Part shown: piece by piece, positions 29,798 to 42,579 of the stretch
How positions within the stretch are numbered: the stretch's first letter is position 1
Layout: each line of letters begins with the position of its first letter
NCBI GenBank assembly: GCA_964016885.1
Contig: OZ024749.1
Location: 54,126,001 to 54,190,000, forward strand
Reading direction: 5' to 3'
DNA from: Eledone cirrhosa
Taxonomy: Eukaryota
DNA: 64,000 nucleotides
Notes under the pieces: model-generated
Database searches by the model: none
The model's input: the letters and a program-made list of their open reading frames with translations, nothing else
Told to the model about the DNA's origin: nothing
Made by a program: the position numbers and the translations under genes

Positions 29798-29875
29798 CTT
29801 CCCAAATCAACTTCCCAAATGCAAGTCGATTGAAAGGTATGTCGTATCTATTTATTTATAAGACTGTTTATATTG

Positions 29876-29941
29876 TATTTTGTCTGAAGAAGGCATAACA
29901 TATTGTTAATATGATATCCCTGAAATATATATAATGAAATA
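29876..29941 (+). ncRNA. Type I hammerhead ribozyme fold
   Basis: tattttgt-CTGAAGA-aggcataacata(ttgttaa)tatgatatccct-GAAA-tatata-TA|atgaaata; 8-bp stem I with two wobbles. Confidence 0.65.
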
Positions 29942-30049
29942 AATATGGTTTTATAAATATAGTTTCCATTTATTTAATATCATATATAATATATATATAT
30001 ATATTATATATATATATATATATTATATATATATATATATTATATATTA

Positions 30050-30091
<42 letters not shown>

Positions 30092-30119
30092 TATATATAT
30101 ATTATATATATATATTATA

Positions 30120-30177
<58 letters not shown>

Positions 30178-30337
30178 TAGAAACCAAGCCAAAATCAGTT
30201 CCCTGATCTCTCACAAAGAGACAGCCCGTCCTATTCATGTTAACATGGAAGATGTGCATTAAATGATGATAATAAATATATATATATCTATATATAAATA
30301 TATATTGAAAGAGAGAGAGAGAGAGAGACTGACATGC

Positions 30338-30394
<57 letters not shown>

Positions 30395-30555
30395 TTCCTG
30401 TATGAGCAAGACAAAGTCAGCCAACTGGACACTGCCCACAACAGGACAACCTGTCTAACCCATGCTAGTGTGGTGGAAGAACGGACGTAAAACGGTGATG
30501 ATGATGATATATATATAAATGAGAGCCAGATATAACCATAGAGACACACACACAT

Positions 30556-30587
<32 letters not shown>

Positions 30588-32269
30588 CTATGATAAAGCA
30601 ATAGAGGGAGACATCTAGAATATGTAATTGTAGCAGTTATATGTAAAATATGTAATATTGCTGACTGTTGTAAATGTGATAATATATAAAATGTTGCAGT
30701 ATTTTATACTGAACTACTATAGTGAATAATTATATAATATCATACAGTTGATATCAGCATATAATATGGGATATCAATAGCATATACAACATACAATACT
30801 ATAGGTGTAATGGCATGCAAAATATTTCTATATATAATATCACAGGAAAGTTTTTTGCAATATGTATAGTGGAGGCATGTGGTAAGGGTGTTGCAATATA
30901 TATATAGTGGAGGCATGTGGTAAGGGTGTTGCAATATGTATAGTGGAGGCATGCGGCCTAATGGTAAGGGTGTTGGACTTAAGATCATAATGTTGTAGGT
31001 TTGATTCTTGGGCTGGGTTGTGTGTTGTGATCTTGAACAAAAACATTTTATTTCACATCTGGGGAACGGAGTCAGGAAAATGAGAGAAATACCTTTCTTT
31101 GACAAGAAACTTCAGCTGTATAGTATCCTTTCTTTTTCAAGATTGTAGGATATGATTTGACAGAAATTTAATTAAACAACCACATACAGACTTGTTTTCG
31201 CTCATAGTGGCTGCTTTTCTTGTCTTCTTCTTAAGAACATTAACAGTTAATGATAAGAAATAGGACTAGGCTTGGTTTACCAAAACTTTATCTCTACTTT
31301 AGTGGTAACATTTTTAATGTGATGCAGTCATAGTGTTTTGTACTGTACCAGATTGTCTTACTAATGTGATGACGTATTAGAGTAAAAACTTCCGTTTTTA
31401 TTGCTGGACATTGTTGTGAAACTGTCTTTACAATATTAAAGTAAAGACATTAATATTTAATGTGAAGCAGTTGTAGTGTTGTTTTGTATTTTTCAAGAAT
31501 GTTTTACTAATGTGGTGTCGTGTGGTTTGATAATTCAAATGTTTATTGTATCTTTACTAATGGACAGATAAATCATTGTGAACATTTGCAGTATTAGAGT
31601 AAAGACTTTCATTTTTAATGCAATGTAGTCATTGTGTTGTTTTGTACTGTTCAAGAATGTCTTTCTAATGTGCTTTCATGTGGTGCAGGACATTGAGTTA
31701 ATGTGATGCAGTCATAGTGTTGTTTTGTCCCACTATAAGAATATCTTGCTAATGTGGTTTCATGCAGTACAGGACATTAAGAGTTAATTAAGAGTTAATA
31801 CAAACGAGAAAGGTAGAACTGGAAATATTAAAAGACAGAGATGGGAATTAAATTGATTCACTTACAGCAAGAAAATAAGAGAAACACAGATGATATTTCA
31901 GATTATTAAGAAAATAAATGGTTCTCTCTCTCTTTGCAATACACATTGTGTAGTTAGAAAACATCACCTTTATCTCTACGAAAACTACTGCTGCTGCTGC
32001 TACCACCACCACTGGCACCAGCACCACCAAAACCACCACCACCTCCAGCACTACCACCATCTCCACTACCACCTCCAGCATCAACACCACCACCACCACC
32101 AGCATCAACACCACCACCAAAACCACCATCAGCAACCATGTTTTGTGCCCACCACCACCACCACTGCCACCACCTCCAGCATCAACACCACCACCACCAC
32201 CAGCATCGACACCACCATCAGCAACCATGTTTTGTGCCCACCACCACCACCAGCAACCTTGTTGTTTCA

Positions 32270-32500
32270 TGCCACAAATCCAGGGACTGTCAGGCCAGAG
32301 GAAAACTGCAAAATACCAGGGTTTGTTTTCTTTTCACACCTGTTACCATCAAGACTTCAGGTGTCCTAGGTCTTCAAATTGCCATTTTCCTTCACAAAAT
32401 CAGAAAAATAGCAGCCTGACTACGGAAGGAGTGGCTGTAGTAGCGGGTGTAGCTGGCTATTCTCTGTGGCAATGCCTTCACCATTTTGTCTGCAGGTCTG
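32270..32500 (+). mobile_element. Decayed CRE-like non-LTR retrotransposon C-terminal fragment
   Basis: FLFTPVTIKTSGVLG...FLHKI and EWL**RV*LAILCGNAFTIL resemble F.P.A.ET.G.LG and QR.S.AI.RGNA of RLE elements. Confidence 0.55.
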
Positions 32501-33361
32501 AGACTGAGATATAGAGTCTCTCGCTCCCTCCCCCCTTCTCTTCCTTTCCTTGTTTCTTCTTTCATTTTATTTCTTCCTCCTCTTCTTTCTCTTCATCTAT
32601 TCTTCATCTTCTTCCTCATCCACTCCTTCTTCCTCGTCTTCATCTTCTATTCTCTCAATCTTCTGTTCTTCCTCTTCAATTCTTCCTCACCAATTCTTCA
32701 CATATAAAACAGCAATTTTAAATCTGAGTTGAGATGTTTTGTTTGATAAGATTTTCAAATGATTGCGAAATAAGAGATAAAAATAATGAATTCCTTTTAA
32801 ATAGATCAGCTTAGAAAATGACTTTTGTTACGAAAGAACATAACTAACACAGAATTACGTGTCGACAAAGAACCCTCTATGTGGTTGCATGACATGCTAG
32901 AAATACCAACCAAATCTCTTATCACGTCACCTAGATTTGCTATGCCTGGATAGAGAAAAAACAAAAAACAAAGACATCTTAAACGGGTGGGGGTTGGGGT
33001 GGGGGGGGGGGGAGCAGGGAAGAAACAGTTGTAACATACCCCTAAAAAACAGGGTCACCATAGCTAGAATACCTTTGATCATAGCCTGATTAATCAAAGC
33101 TTACCTGTGAAAAATAATATACAACGACAGAAGCAAAAAAAAATGTGAAAATGACAGAAGTAAAATTATCTTCTGACAAAAGAGTTTTGTCTATGACAGC
33201 TACATCATAATATTCTAGAGGACAAATGCCATAAATAGTTGTAATGGTTTCTGATTTAGGCACAAGGCCAGCAATTTGGGGTGAGGGGAAAGTTGATTTA
33301 ATTTACCCCAGTGCATTACTGGTACTTTATTTTAATGATATTAGTAGAGTGTAAACATCAA

Positions 33362-33478
33362 CTTTAATATAGAATTGGCTTCTACAAGGCTTCATCTGTT
33401 TCATTCGAAAGAAATCAACCTGATGATTTCTTTTGAATGAAACAGTTCTAGTCATTTAGAAGCCATGTCTATATTAAA
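33362..33478 (+). mobile_element. Fold-back element with hammerhead core, same family as 48671..48860
   Basis: Imperfect inverted repeat (33362-33417 / 33424-33478) containing CTGATGA-tttcttttgaat-GAAA-cagttctagtc; 5' strand of stem I replaced by the inversion. Confidence 0.65.
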
Positions 33479-33494
33479 CTTTATATATATATTT

Positions 33495-33814
33495 CATTTC
33501 ATTTTACGTCCCCCTTTTCCCTGCTAGCAAGGGTGGGACGGGAACTGATTCTGGGTTGATTTCTGCAGCTGGATGCCCTTCCTAACACCAATCTCATTTA
33601 CAGTGAGTGCTGGGTGCATTTTTTCCGTGGTGCCTACACATCCACTTTACAGTGTGGGCTGGGTGCTTTTTTGCCGTGGCACCTCCACAACCACTTTGCA
33701 GTGGGAGGGGTGGGGGCATATTGTCTATATGCTTCAGCTTCGGCTTTTATCACCTCATCCCAGGTCTTCTTGGGTCTCCCCACTCCGCGGCTTCCATCAA
33801 CTTCTAGTGCTCTG

Positions 33815-33815
<1 letters not shown>
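33495..33815 (-). mobile_element. RTE LINE 3' fragment
   Basis: RALEVDGSRGVGRPKKTWDEVIKA plus the same UTR as 1262..1783. Confidence 0.8.
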
Positions 33816-33852
<37 letters not shown>

Positions 33853-33860
33853 CATACATA

Positions 33861-33938
33861 CAGGGTGTCCCCAAAAAATGTATATACATTTCATCAGTAT
33901 TCTAATAAATATGTGTATACATTTTTGGGGGATACATG
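33861..33938. mobile_element. Tiny Tc1/mariner-type MITE
   Basis: TA-CAGGGTGTCCCCAAAAAATGTAT terminal inverted repeats; sister copies at 45498-45572 and 56685-56785. Confidence 0.7.
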
Positions 33939-34479
33939 TGGCATATTATTATGGCTGATTAAATCAGAGAAATCCAACAAGGTACATATGTAAATATGCC
34001 TGAAGTAAGATGCCCCTTTTTCTTAGCCCGCTTATTTCTAAGGAGGTGATGGGGGAAAAGTCCTGAAACACTCCCTCCAGCAGGATCCAGCTGGATCAGT
34101 TGGAGACAGTTGCTTCTGACAGCACCCGTAAGATGCCCTAACTTTAATTAATAAATAAACTCTGAACCATTATTTTTAAAGTTTCAAATCAGTAAAGTTC
34201 AGGAGAAACAGAAATCTACTAATGGGATGCGTCATTGATTTTGAGGAAAGATTTTTATACGTGGTTTTGATTGTAGAAATGATAAGAGAAAACACTCAGT
34301 AGCAGCAAATATGATGTTATTTGAACATGTATTTAGGTACTTAGGAGATGTTTATCATTGGATGCAGGAGTGGGGATGAGGCAGGTATAGTTAGTTGATA
34401 CTATATAGCCAGCTTGATCCTGGCTTAACTGAATCCACAGTGGATATTATCTCAGTGAAAGAGGGAAAATAGAAATATA

Positions 34480-34515
<36 letters not shown>

Positions 34516-34771
34516 CATATATATAAAGCGGGAGGTTTATAATAGATAATGTAGCAAAGATACATTGTAGGAAATGTGAAGATGACAATTATGAGGTTTC
34601 TCCTTATATATGTCTGTAAACAGATGCAAATAGTTTGTTAATATTCTGATATTCCCAACAGCAAAGATTCCAACATGATTTTTATCACTGGTTGTAACCA
34701 TCTCATTTCAATCATGTATTTCTATTGAAAGATTGATTGCATTGCAGTTTCTATTACAGATTGGATTATTC

Positions 34772-34870
34772 CAGTGGAACCTCGTTTCATGAACGCCTCT
34801 CACCAGATACAAGTCTGTTCACAAATAATTTTACCGTACATAAAATATCTCAGTTCATGAACACCTCTCA
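34772..34870 (+). mobile_element. pogo/Tigger-like terminal fragment
   Basis: cagtggaacctcg terminus with an internal repeat of ttcatgaac(g/a)cctctca. Confidence 0.45.
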
Positions 34871-36109
34871 TCACACCAGGTGGTGCTATTAAGTTAAGAC
34901 ATGGCCTGGGCCAATACTGGTTAAAACCTATCAAAATTATCAAACTTACACACACACACACATGTGTATATCTATCTATCTATCTATCTATATGTAAAAG
35001 GTAAACAGAAATAACACAATGGGGGGTGGGCAATAGTGACAGCTGTGAATTCCTGAAATACTGACACAAATAAGTTTCAAAAAGCCAGTACAATGTGGTA
35101 GAAATATATAACGGGTAAAGGATGACAAATAAAACAAAACAAAGTAATGTTTTTACACAGTATATTTCAACATAATATTTCAGGGTTATAATCCCCTTTT
35201 CAAATGTGAAACAGAAATGGTTCAAAACAAGTCATTTATTACATATTTCACAATGCCGCAAGACAATGTTGATTCAGTAGATGAAATGCCATGCCACATT
35301 TGATTACAAATACACATGAAATAACATAAATGTGTAAAGGAAAGCTAAACAACTCCAAATTTCAATACAGTACAATACGGTACATTACAGTCGATATCTT
35401 CAGCTCTTCATGTGTCAAACTGCTTTACAAATCAACTCAAACTATCAAAGCTAAAAACCAAAATATTGATATACAAAGAAACAGAAATGTATTATATGGA
35501 TACACCAGGAAATGTATATATGTATATATATATATATATATATGTGTCAATAAATGTGTATATGTATATATGTGTGTATATGTGTGTGTCAAGAAATGTA
35601 TGTATGTATATGTGATCAAATGTATGTATGTATATATATATATATATGTGTGCATGTGTCAAGAAATGTATGTATATATATACACCAAGAAATGTAAGTA
35701 TGTATATGTGAAGAAATGTATGTATATATATGTGTGTGTATGTGAAGAAATATATGTATGTATATGTCAAGAAATGTATATATATGTATACACCAAGAAA
35801 TGTATGTATATGTATATGTGAAGAAATATATGTATATATATATGTGTATGTGTGTATCAAAAAATGTAAGTATATGTATATGTCAAGATAATGTATGTAT
35901 ATGTATACACCAAGAAATGTATGTATATTTATGTGAAGAAATATATATATAAAATGAATGAAAAAAATGATGAATATATGTGTGTGTGTGAAGAAATGTA
36001 TGTATATGTCAAGAAATGTATGTATATGTATACACCAAGAAATGTATGCATATGTATACACCAAGAAATATATGTGTACACCAAGAAATATATGTATATA
36101 TATATATAT

Positions 36110-36558
36110 ACACCTCTCCAAGACAATGTCACTGGACCGAGATCTTTGGTGCTACACAGTAATACAGAAGACCCTCCTTGCCTAAGTACAAAGCGAAACC
36201 TACAGTCAGTAGGCACCTCTTAAACAAAAATACACCCCATCACCCCCACCCCATCCATACCACCCCTTTCTCTGTAAAGTTTTGTTGGTACCACAACATC
36301 CAGTCCTAAATAAATGAGGTTGTGTAGGTGTCACGACAAAAAAACACACAGTCCACGCTGTAATGTGGCCGTGTAGGTAACACGGTAAAAACCTCCCAGA
36401 CCCACACTGTAAATGTGGTTGGTGTTAGGAAGGGCATCCAGCCATAGAAAACCTGCCAGACAGTCCTATACGAGCAAGACAACCAATCTTGCCTGAAGTG
36501 GGACAATTCCCGTCTAAACCCATGCTAGCGTGGAAGATAGACGTTAAACGATGATGAT
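36110..36558 (+). mobile_element. RTE LINE 3' fragment
   Basis: HLSKTMSLDRDLW plus UTR ending in a GAT tail. Confidence 0.75.
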
Positions 36559-36664
36559 TATATATATATATATATATACGTGTGTGTGTGTGTGTGTGAA
36601 AAAAGGTATGTATATGTCCATAGAAGAAATATATGTATATATATGTGTGTGTGAAGAAATGTAT

Positions 36665-36885
36665 GTCATCATCATCATCATCGTTTAACGTCCATCTTCA
36701 ACGCTTGCATGGGTTTGGACGGGAATTTTCCCACTTGAGGCAAGATTGGTTGTCTTGCTCGTATAGGACTGTCTGGGGGGGGGGGGATTCTACGGCTGGG
36801 TGCCCTTCCCAACACCAACCACGTTTACAGTGTGGACTGGGAGGTTTTTACCACGTTACCTACATGGCCACATTACAGTGTGGAT
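36665..36885 (-). mobile_element. RTE 3' UTR fragment, inverted relative to 36110..36558
   Basis: Reverse complement of the adjacent UTR. Confidence 0.75.
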
Positions 36886-36961
36886 ATATATATATATATA
36901 TATATAGATAAGTGTATGTATGTGAAAAAATGTATGTATATGTCCATAAAAGAAATATATG

Positions 36962-36992
<31 letters not shown>

Positions 36993-37340
36993 AAAGAAAC
37001 GTATGTATATGTGCAGAGAAGAAATAAAACTCTAAAATTAATGATTGAAAGGGGGACCCAGGGACTGAGTGTCAGTAAACTGCCGACATCACGACATATT
37101 CATATTTATATATTCATGAAATATAACATACAACTTTAGATTTCGGTCTTTCTTTGGGCTTTATTTTGTTTTTATTGACCACTTTGTGATCTATGCTTCA
37201 TCACCATCATCATCACCCTCACCATCATTGCCACCACCACCACCACCATCATTATTACCATCATCATCATCACCATCATCATCATCTTTTTTTTACTTTT
37301 ATTCTTTTTCTTATGATCTATTAAATATATTTCTGATCTT

Positions 37341-37410
<70 letters not shown>

Positions 37411-37478
37411 CATATATTAATTTATGTATATATATATATATATATATATTAATTTATGTATATATATATATATATATA

Positions 37479-37510
<32 letters not shown>

Positions 37511-37684
37511 ATATATATATATATATATATGTAATATATATATATATATATATATTACATATATTAATTTATGTATATATATATATATATATATTAATTT
37601 ATGTATATATATATGTATATATATATATATAGTGAAAACAATGAAATTAAACAAAATACGGGTAATTCATAGTAAAACTCATTA

Positions 37685-37823
37685 TTTTACGATCGTTTCT
37701 GGGGGCGCGGGGGGGGGGGGGGTAGTTCTCCGTATGTTCCTTCTATTAGTGATCTATGTAAAATATATTACAAATTATCAAAGTAAGAAAATATACGTCT
37801 TCCCTACCCGCCGTCTTCAGAAT
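37685..37823 (-). ncRNA. Degenerate hammerhead fold with long stem II
   Basis: Minus strand: CTGAAGA-cggcgggtag..cgtat.....atacg..ctacc..cgcc..-GAAA-cgatcg-TA; palindromic stem III, but stem I is only ~2 bp. Confidence 0.4.
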
Positions 37824-37869
37824 CTTCATACGGCTTGGACCCTACCAGGTGATGTTGGCTGAAATCAGG

Positions 37870-37992
37870 TCCTTCCGTAACTTGTCGCCGGGTGATCCTT
37901 GAGCAACCCCGCCTCCGATTACCACCAGGCGGAGTCCAGTTCATCGCTGTTTCCGAATGCCGTTCATTTGGCAGACGCAGAATTTGGCCATA
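37870..37992 (-). mobile_element. RTE-type LINE C-terminal fragment (second family)
   Basis: [36 protein letters not shown] resembles GH.LR...W.P.G.R.RGRP..TW. Confidence 0.65.
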
Positions 37993-38683
37993 CACACATA
38001 TATATATATATATACATATACACATATATGTATATACATATACACATATATGTATATACATATACACATATATGTATATACATATACACATATATGTATA
38101 TACATATACACATATGTATATACATATACACATATATGTATATACATATACACACATATGTATATACATATACACATATATGTATATACATATACACATA
38201 TATGTATATATATATATACACATATATGTATATATATATACACATATGTATATATATATACACATATATACATATATATATACATATACACATATATGTA
38301 TATACATATACACATATATGTATATACATATACACACATATATGTATATATATATACACATATATGTATATACATATACACACATATGTATATACATATA
38401 CACATATATGTATATACATATACACATATGTATATACATATACACACATATGTATATACATATACACATATATGTATATACATATACACATATGTATATA
38501 CATATACACATATATGTATATACATATACACATATATGTATATACATATACACATATGTATATACATATACACATATGTATATACATATACACATATGTA
38601 TATACATATACACATATGTATATACATATACACATATGTATACACATATACATATATATATATACATATATACATACATATAT
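37990..38683. repeat. TA/CA/TG compound satellite with ~20-22-bp higher-order unit
   Basis: (tatacatatacacatat(at)gta)n. Confidence 0.92.
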
Positions 38684-38777
38684 AACCAAAGATTAATATG
38701 GTTCGTTGATTACTCAACGAATACAGTTTTACAATAGATTAGAAGCACTCAACAGTTAGTTTTCCTGGAGTTTTTAA

Positions 38778-39036
38778 TATTATTCAAAATGTTAACAAAT
38801 GAAAAATATTCGTATAATCAAAATATATACTTTATAATATATATTTCAAAGGTACTGTGCTGTTTTTTTCAGTACGTCCTCATCAGACAAAATATATGAT
38901 TTGATATACGACATATTTATATTTTGTCTGATGAGGGCGTACTGAAAAAAACAGCACAGTACTTTTGAAATATATATAATAAAGTATATATTTTGATTAT
39001 GCGAATATTTTTCATTTGTTAACATTTTGAATAATA
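38778..39036. repeat. Inverted repeat, 119-bp arms, 21-nt spacer
   Basis: Arms 38778-38896 and 38918-39036 with a few mismatches; sits among TA-rich microsatellites. Confidence 0.9.
38918..38988 (+). ncRNA. Type I hammerhead ribozyme fold (mirror copy on minus strand at 38826..38896)
   Basis: tatattttgt-CTGATGA-gggcgtactg...cagtactttt-GAAA-tatata-TA|ataaagtata; 10-bp stem I including two GU pairs; lies in an inverted repeat. Confidence 0.72.
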
Positions 39037-39317
39037 CATACATATATATATATATATACACACAGACATATATACATACATATACACATACATATACACA
39101 TACATATTTACATACATATACACATACATATACACATACATATACACATAGATATATAAACATAATACATATATATATATATATATACATATATATTATA
39201 TACATATATATTACATATATATTATATATATATATATACATATATATTATATACATATATATTACATATGTATATAATATATATGTATATATTACATATA
39301 TACATATATATTACATA

Positions 39318-39431
39318 TCCCTAAGAACAGACACTGGTCTGTTGGAGACGCAGAACATGGCAGCGATGATGAGGGACAGAGACCGCTGGAGAGAACTCGT
39401 CCATGGATCTCGGGAATTTTACCCGCCTTAG
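39318..39431 (+). mobile_element. RTE-type LINE extreme 3' fragment
   Basis: LRTDTGL...MAAMMRDRDRWRELV; DR..WR motif; inserted in (TA)n. Confidence 0.6.
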
Positions 39432-40257
39432 ATATATATATATATATATATTATATACATATATATTACAGTCCACACTGTAAACGTGGTTGGTGTTAGG
39501 AAGGGCATCCAGCTGTAGAAAACCCCCCAGACAGTCCTATACGAGCAAGATAACCAATTTTGCCTCAAGTGGGAAAATTCCCATCCAAACCCATGCAAGC
39601 GTGGAAGATGGACGTTAAACGATGATGATGATGATGATGATATTATATTATATTATATTATATATTCAAATCCTGCCGAGGTCAACTTTGCCTTTCATCC
39701 TTACGGGGTTGATAAAATAAAGTACCAGTAATGTACTGGGTAATTGCTGGCCTTGTGCCCAAAGTAGAAACAATTATATTATATTATATATTTAATATTG
39801 ATCTCACATAGATGTCTATTCTTATTGCGTGTTTTAACAGAAAAGTTCAGACAACCTATATCTGAAGTTCACAACTTGTAAAATATTTTTTCCTCTCAGG
39901 GTAAAATAAGAAAGAATTGAAAGAAGACAAAACCACCGGATGTTACCATTTTTATTTTTATCTCCTTCTTCAGTTACAACTTTCTAACACCAAAGGGGTT
40001 GACTTGATTTTTTTTCAATATATATTGATCTGTCTAACCCATGCAAGCATGGAAAAAAACGACAACGAGGATGATTATGATGATGATGATGGTGGTGATG
40101 ATGATGGTGATGATGATGATGGTGGTGGTGATGATGATGGTCTTCTCAACATAAAATTTACCTACACCATACATAGTACAGAAGTAGCTTCAGTCTACTA
40201 GATTCCATACCTTTATATAGCTATATACATATATATATAGTCACACACACACACATG

Positions 40258-40289
<32 letters not shown>

Positions 40290-40334
40290 TACATGCACAC
40301 ATTCACACACACACATATATATATATAGAGGGAG

Positions 40335-40487
40335 AGAGATATGTAAAATCCTCACCATGGCCCCAAGTGCTTTTGAAACTGCTTGGGGCCACAGTCAGGG
40401 TTTTACATATCTCTAAACCCACTCTACATCTCCCCCGTGTATTGAGTACTCCCATGATTAGTGGTCTCCTCGGTCTCAGCACTGCAG
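40335..40487 (+). mobile_element. Family B fold-back element (3' half-hammerhead plus tail)
   Basis: Arms ~40335-40367 / 40382-40414; GAAA-ctg(cttggggcca)cag-TC|aggg; the tail recurs inverted at ~61815-61893. Confidence 0.65.
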
Positions 40488-41007
40488 ATGAAATATAAAT
40501 ATATATATATATATTGAAATTTCGTATTTCTGAAGAAATACAGTATGTTTATAAACACAGGCAGCTATTGTCCCTTGCGATAGCTGCCGGCATTTTTGCA
40601 TAGCTATGTCTTTCTGAATGTTTATTTATAAACATACCATATTTCTTTAAAAATACGAAATTCCAATACATATCTGTATACAGCGATGCTCGAAGCTGAA
40701 TTCTAATTCTATTACATATATGTATACAGTATATAAGGGTATCATAATCTTTTCAGTTCTTGGGGCTTCTAATGGGCTTAACCCAGCCCTGCTTACAACA
40801 AAATAAATATTCACAGTAAAGCTATTTTATATGATTTGGAGAGAAAAGCATGAACATCACAACCTCAAATTTATAGTCAACAAGCTTGGGACATTACATC
40901 TAGAAAAAATATTTTTCAGTGATACAAGCATGGTTTTTAATTTGAAGGCAGAGCAGAGTGTTCCTAACTTCTGGTGTGGCGGTTCCATTGGTTGCTTTTG
41001 GAAATGG

Positions 41008-41262
41008 ATGTTAGCTCAAACTGTGCGTGAGCTAATTTGCATATTGCTCCAACCGTGCGTGAGCTAATTTGCATACTGCTGTTAGTTTGATAAACCATTG
41101 AGAAATTACTGATGCAGCAACACATGAACATTAAAATAAACCCAGTGTACCGAAGAGCCTCTATATGTCTAAAAGATGCAGCAGTTTATGTATTGATAAC
41201 TTCTTAACAGTTGTCAAAATATCACCAATATGCAAATTAGTTCACTCATGTGTGAACCAACA
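41008..41262. mobile_element. MITE-like element with ~38-bp imperfect TIRs containing ATTTGCAT
   Basis: atgttagctcaaac..gagctaatttgcatattg vs caatatgcaaattagttcac..aaccaacat. Confidence 0.5.
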
Positions 41263-42358
41263 TAATTTTTATAGATGCTTATGTATAATTTTTTTGGTCT
41301 TTTTCTTTTACCATATTTGCAGCACGATAACGAAATTAAACTAATTCTGGCAAAGTCTTAAAATAGTTCTAGTCTGTATACTGGAGCCATTTACTCAAGT
41401 ACTTGGCATACATCCTGAGTATTTCATTCCACAACAAAACTGGACATATTTAAAATATAAACACATTTTTGAATGATGACACACACACACCACATAGTGG
41501 CTCATAGAGAACACCATGGCATGGTACTCAAGGTTGAGATCTTGGAGCAGGAGAGATGGGAAAAGCACCAGTACTCATTCATTTGTAATGTGAGTTCCGA
41601 AACGTTGATTATAAAACAAAAAGTGTGTGATCGAGTGAAAGGAAATGACAAAATGTAAATGAACTGATGATGACTAGAAGATAAAAGTAAAAAAAGAGAA
41701 ATGGGGTATATATATAGAATCATTCTGACTGATAAAATGACAAGTCAGTCAATCATATTGGTGGCCTCCTCACAGCCCTGGCGGACAGAATGGAGAAGGC
41801 GGTTCCCTGGAGGACAGCAAGGGAGCCGCGCTGAAAAAGCCATTCCAGCTCGCGAGGCTCACACCTGCGGCAGGCCAGCTCAGCGCCTATAGTGGTGAGT
41901 AGGGAGGTAATTATAACAGAGGGCAGAGAAACCACACTCATCAAGAAGGAGCCCCCTGCAGAAGTTATAATCATGGAAGATGTGGGTGGAACTAGAGTAA
42001 AGAAAAAGCATCAGAGCCACATAGGCTCAGTATCATTCATTTAGATACTAAGGGAGGAGTGTGTTGGTGGAGGGAGAGAAATTACATTCCTAAAGAAAGA
42101 CCGAGAAGAATCACTTGTAGATGTTACCCTCACAGATGATGATGGTGGTCCTGGGGGGAAAAAATAAAAAAATATTTTCACCAAGTCTTCTATACATCTC
42201 TGAGACTGGACTTTGTTGTCTGAGGAGGTACAGAAGACCATTCTGATGGTTCTGTTTAGGTTCAAAGGCAGCAACTTACCAAATTTTATTCATGGTTACA
42301 AAAGTCACTTTATCATTGTTTGCCAAAAACCTATGAAACACTTTATTGTCTATGTTAA

Positions 42359-42579
42359 CCTTTTAGCATTTAAACTGGCCATATCCAGCCAGAATTCTCT
42401 CACTTCTTTCTGTCCAAACTAGCTGTAACTGGCTGCTCATACTTATATTAAGGTATTGTTCTCAAAATAAATAATATCAAAATCTCATAGATTCGATATT
42501 ATGTGAGATAATTATGCAAGATAAAGCCTTTACCACAAAAATACAATAGCAAATATAGAGGAATATAAATGGTAAAGTG
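42359..42579. mobile_element. piggyBac-type MITE (reverse copy)
   Basis: Reverse complement of the 21484..21704 family, TTAA-flanked. Confidence 0.75.

Noticed and set aside
35360-35410. Minus-strand CTGAAGA...GAAA
   Set aside because: Intervening sequence does not form a hairpin.
42200-42290. W..LSEEVQKT peptide reminiscent of LHFPL6 exon 2 (GWDSEEVRQTCG)
   Set aside because: On the plus strand, opposite to exon 1, and lacks YP.GW and CG; considered chance.
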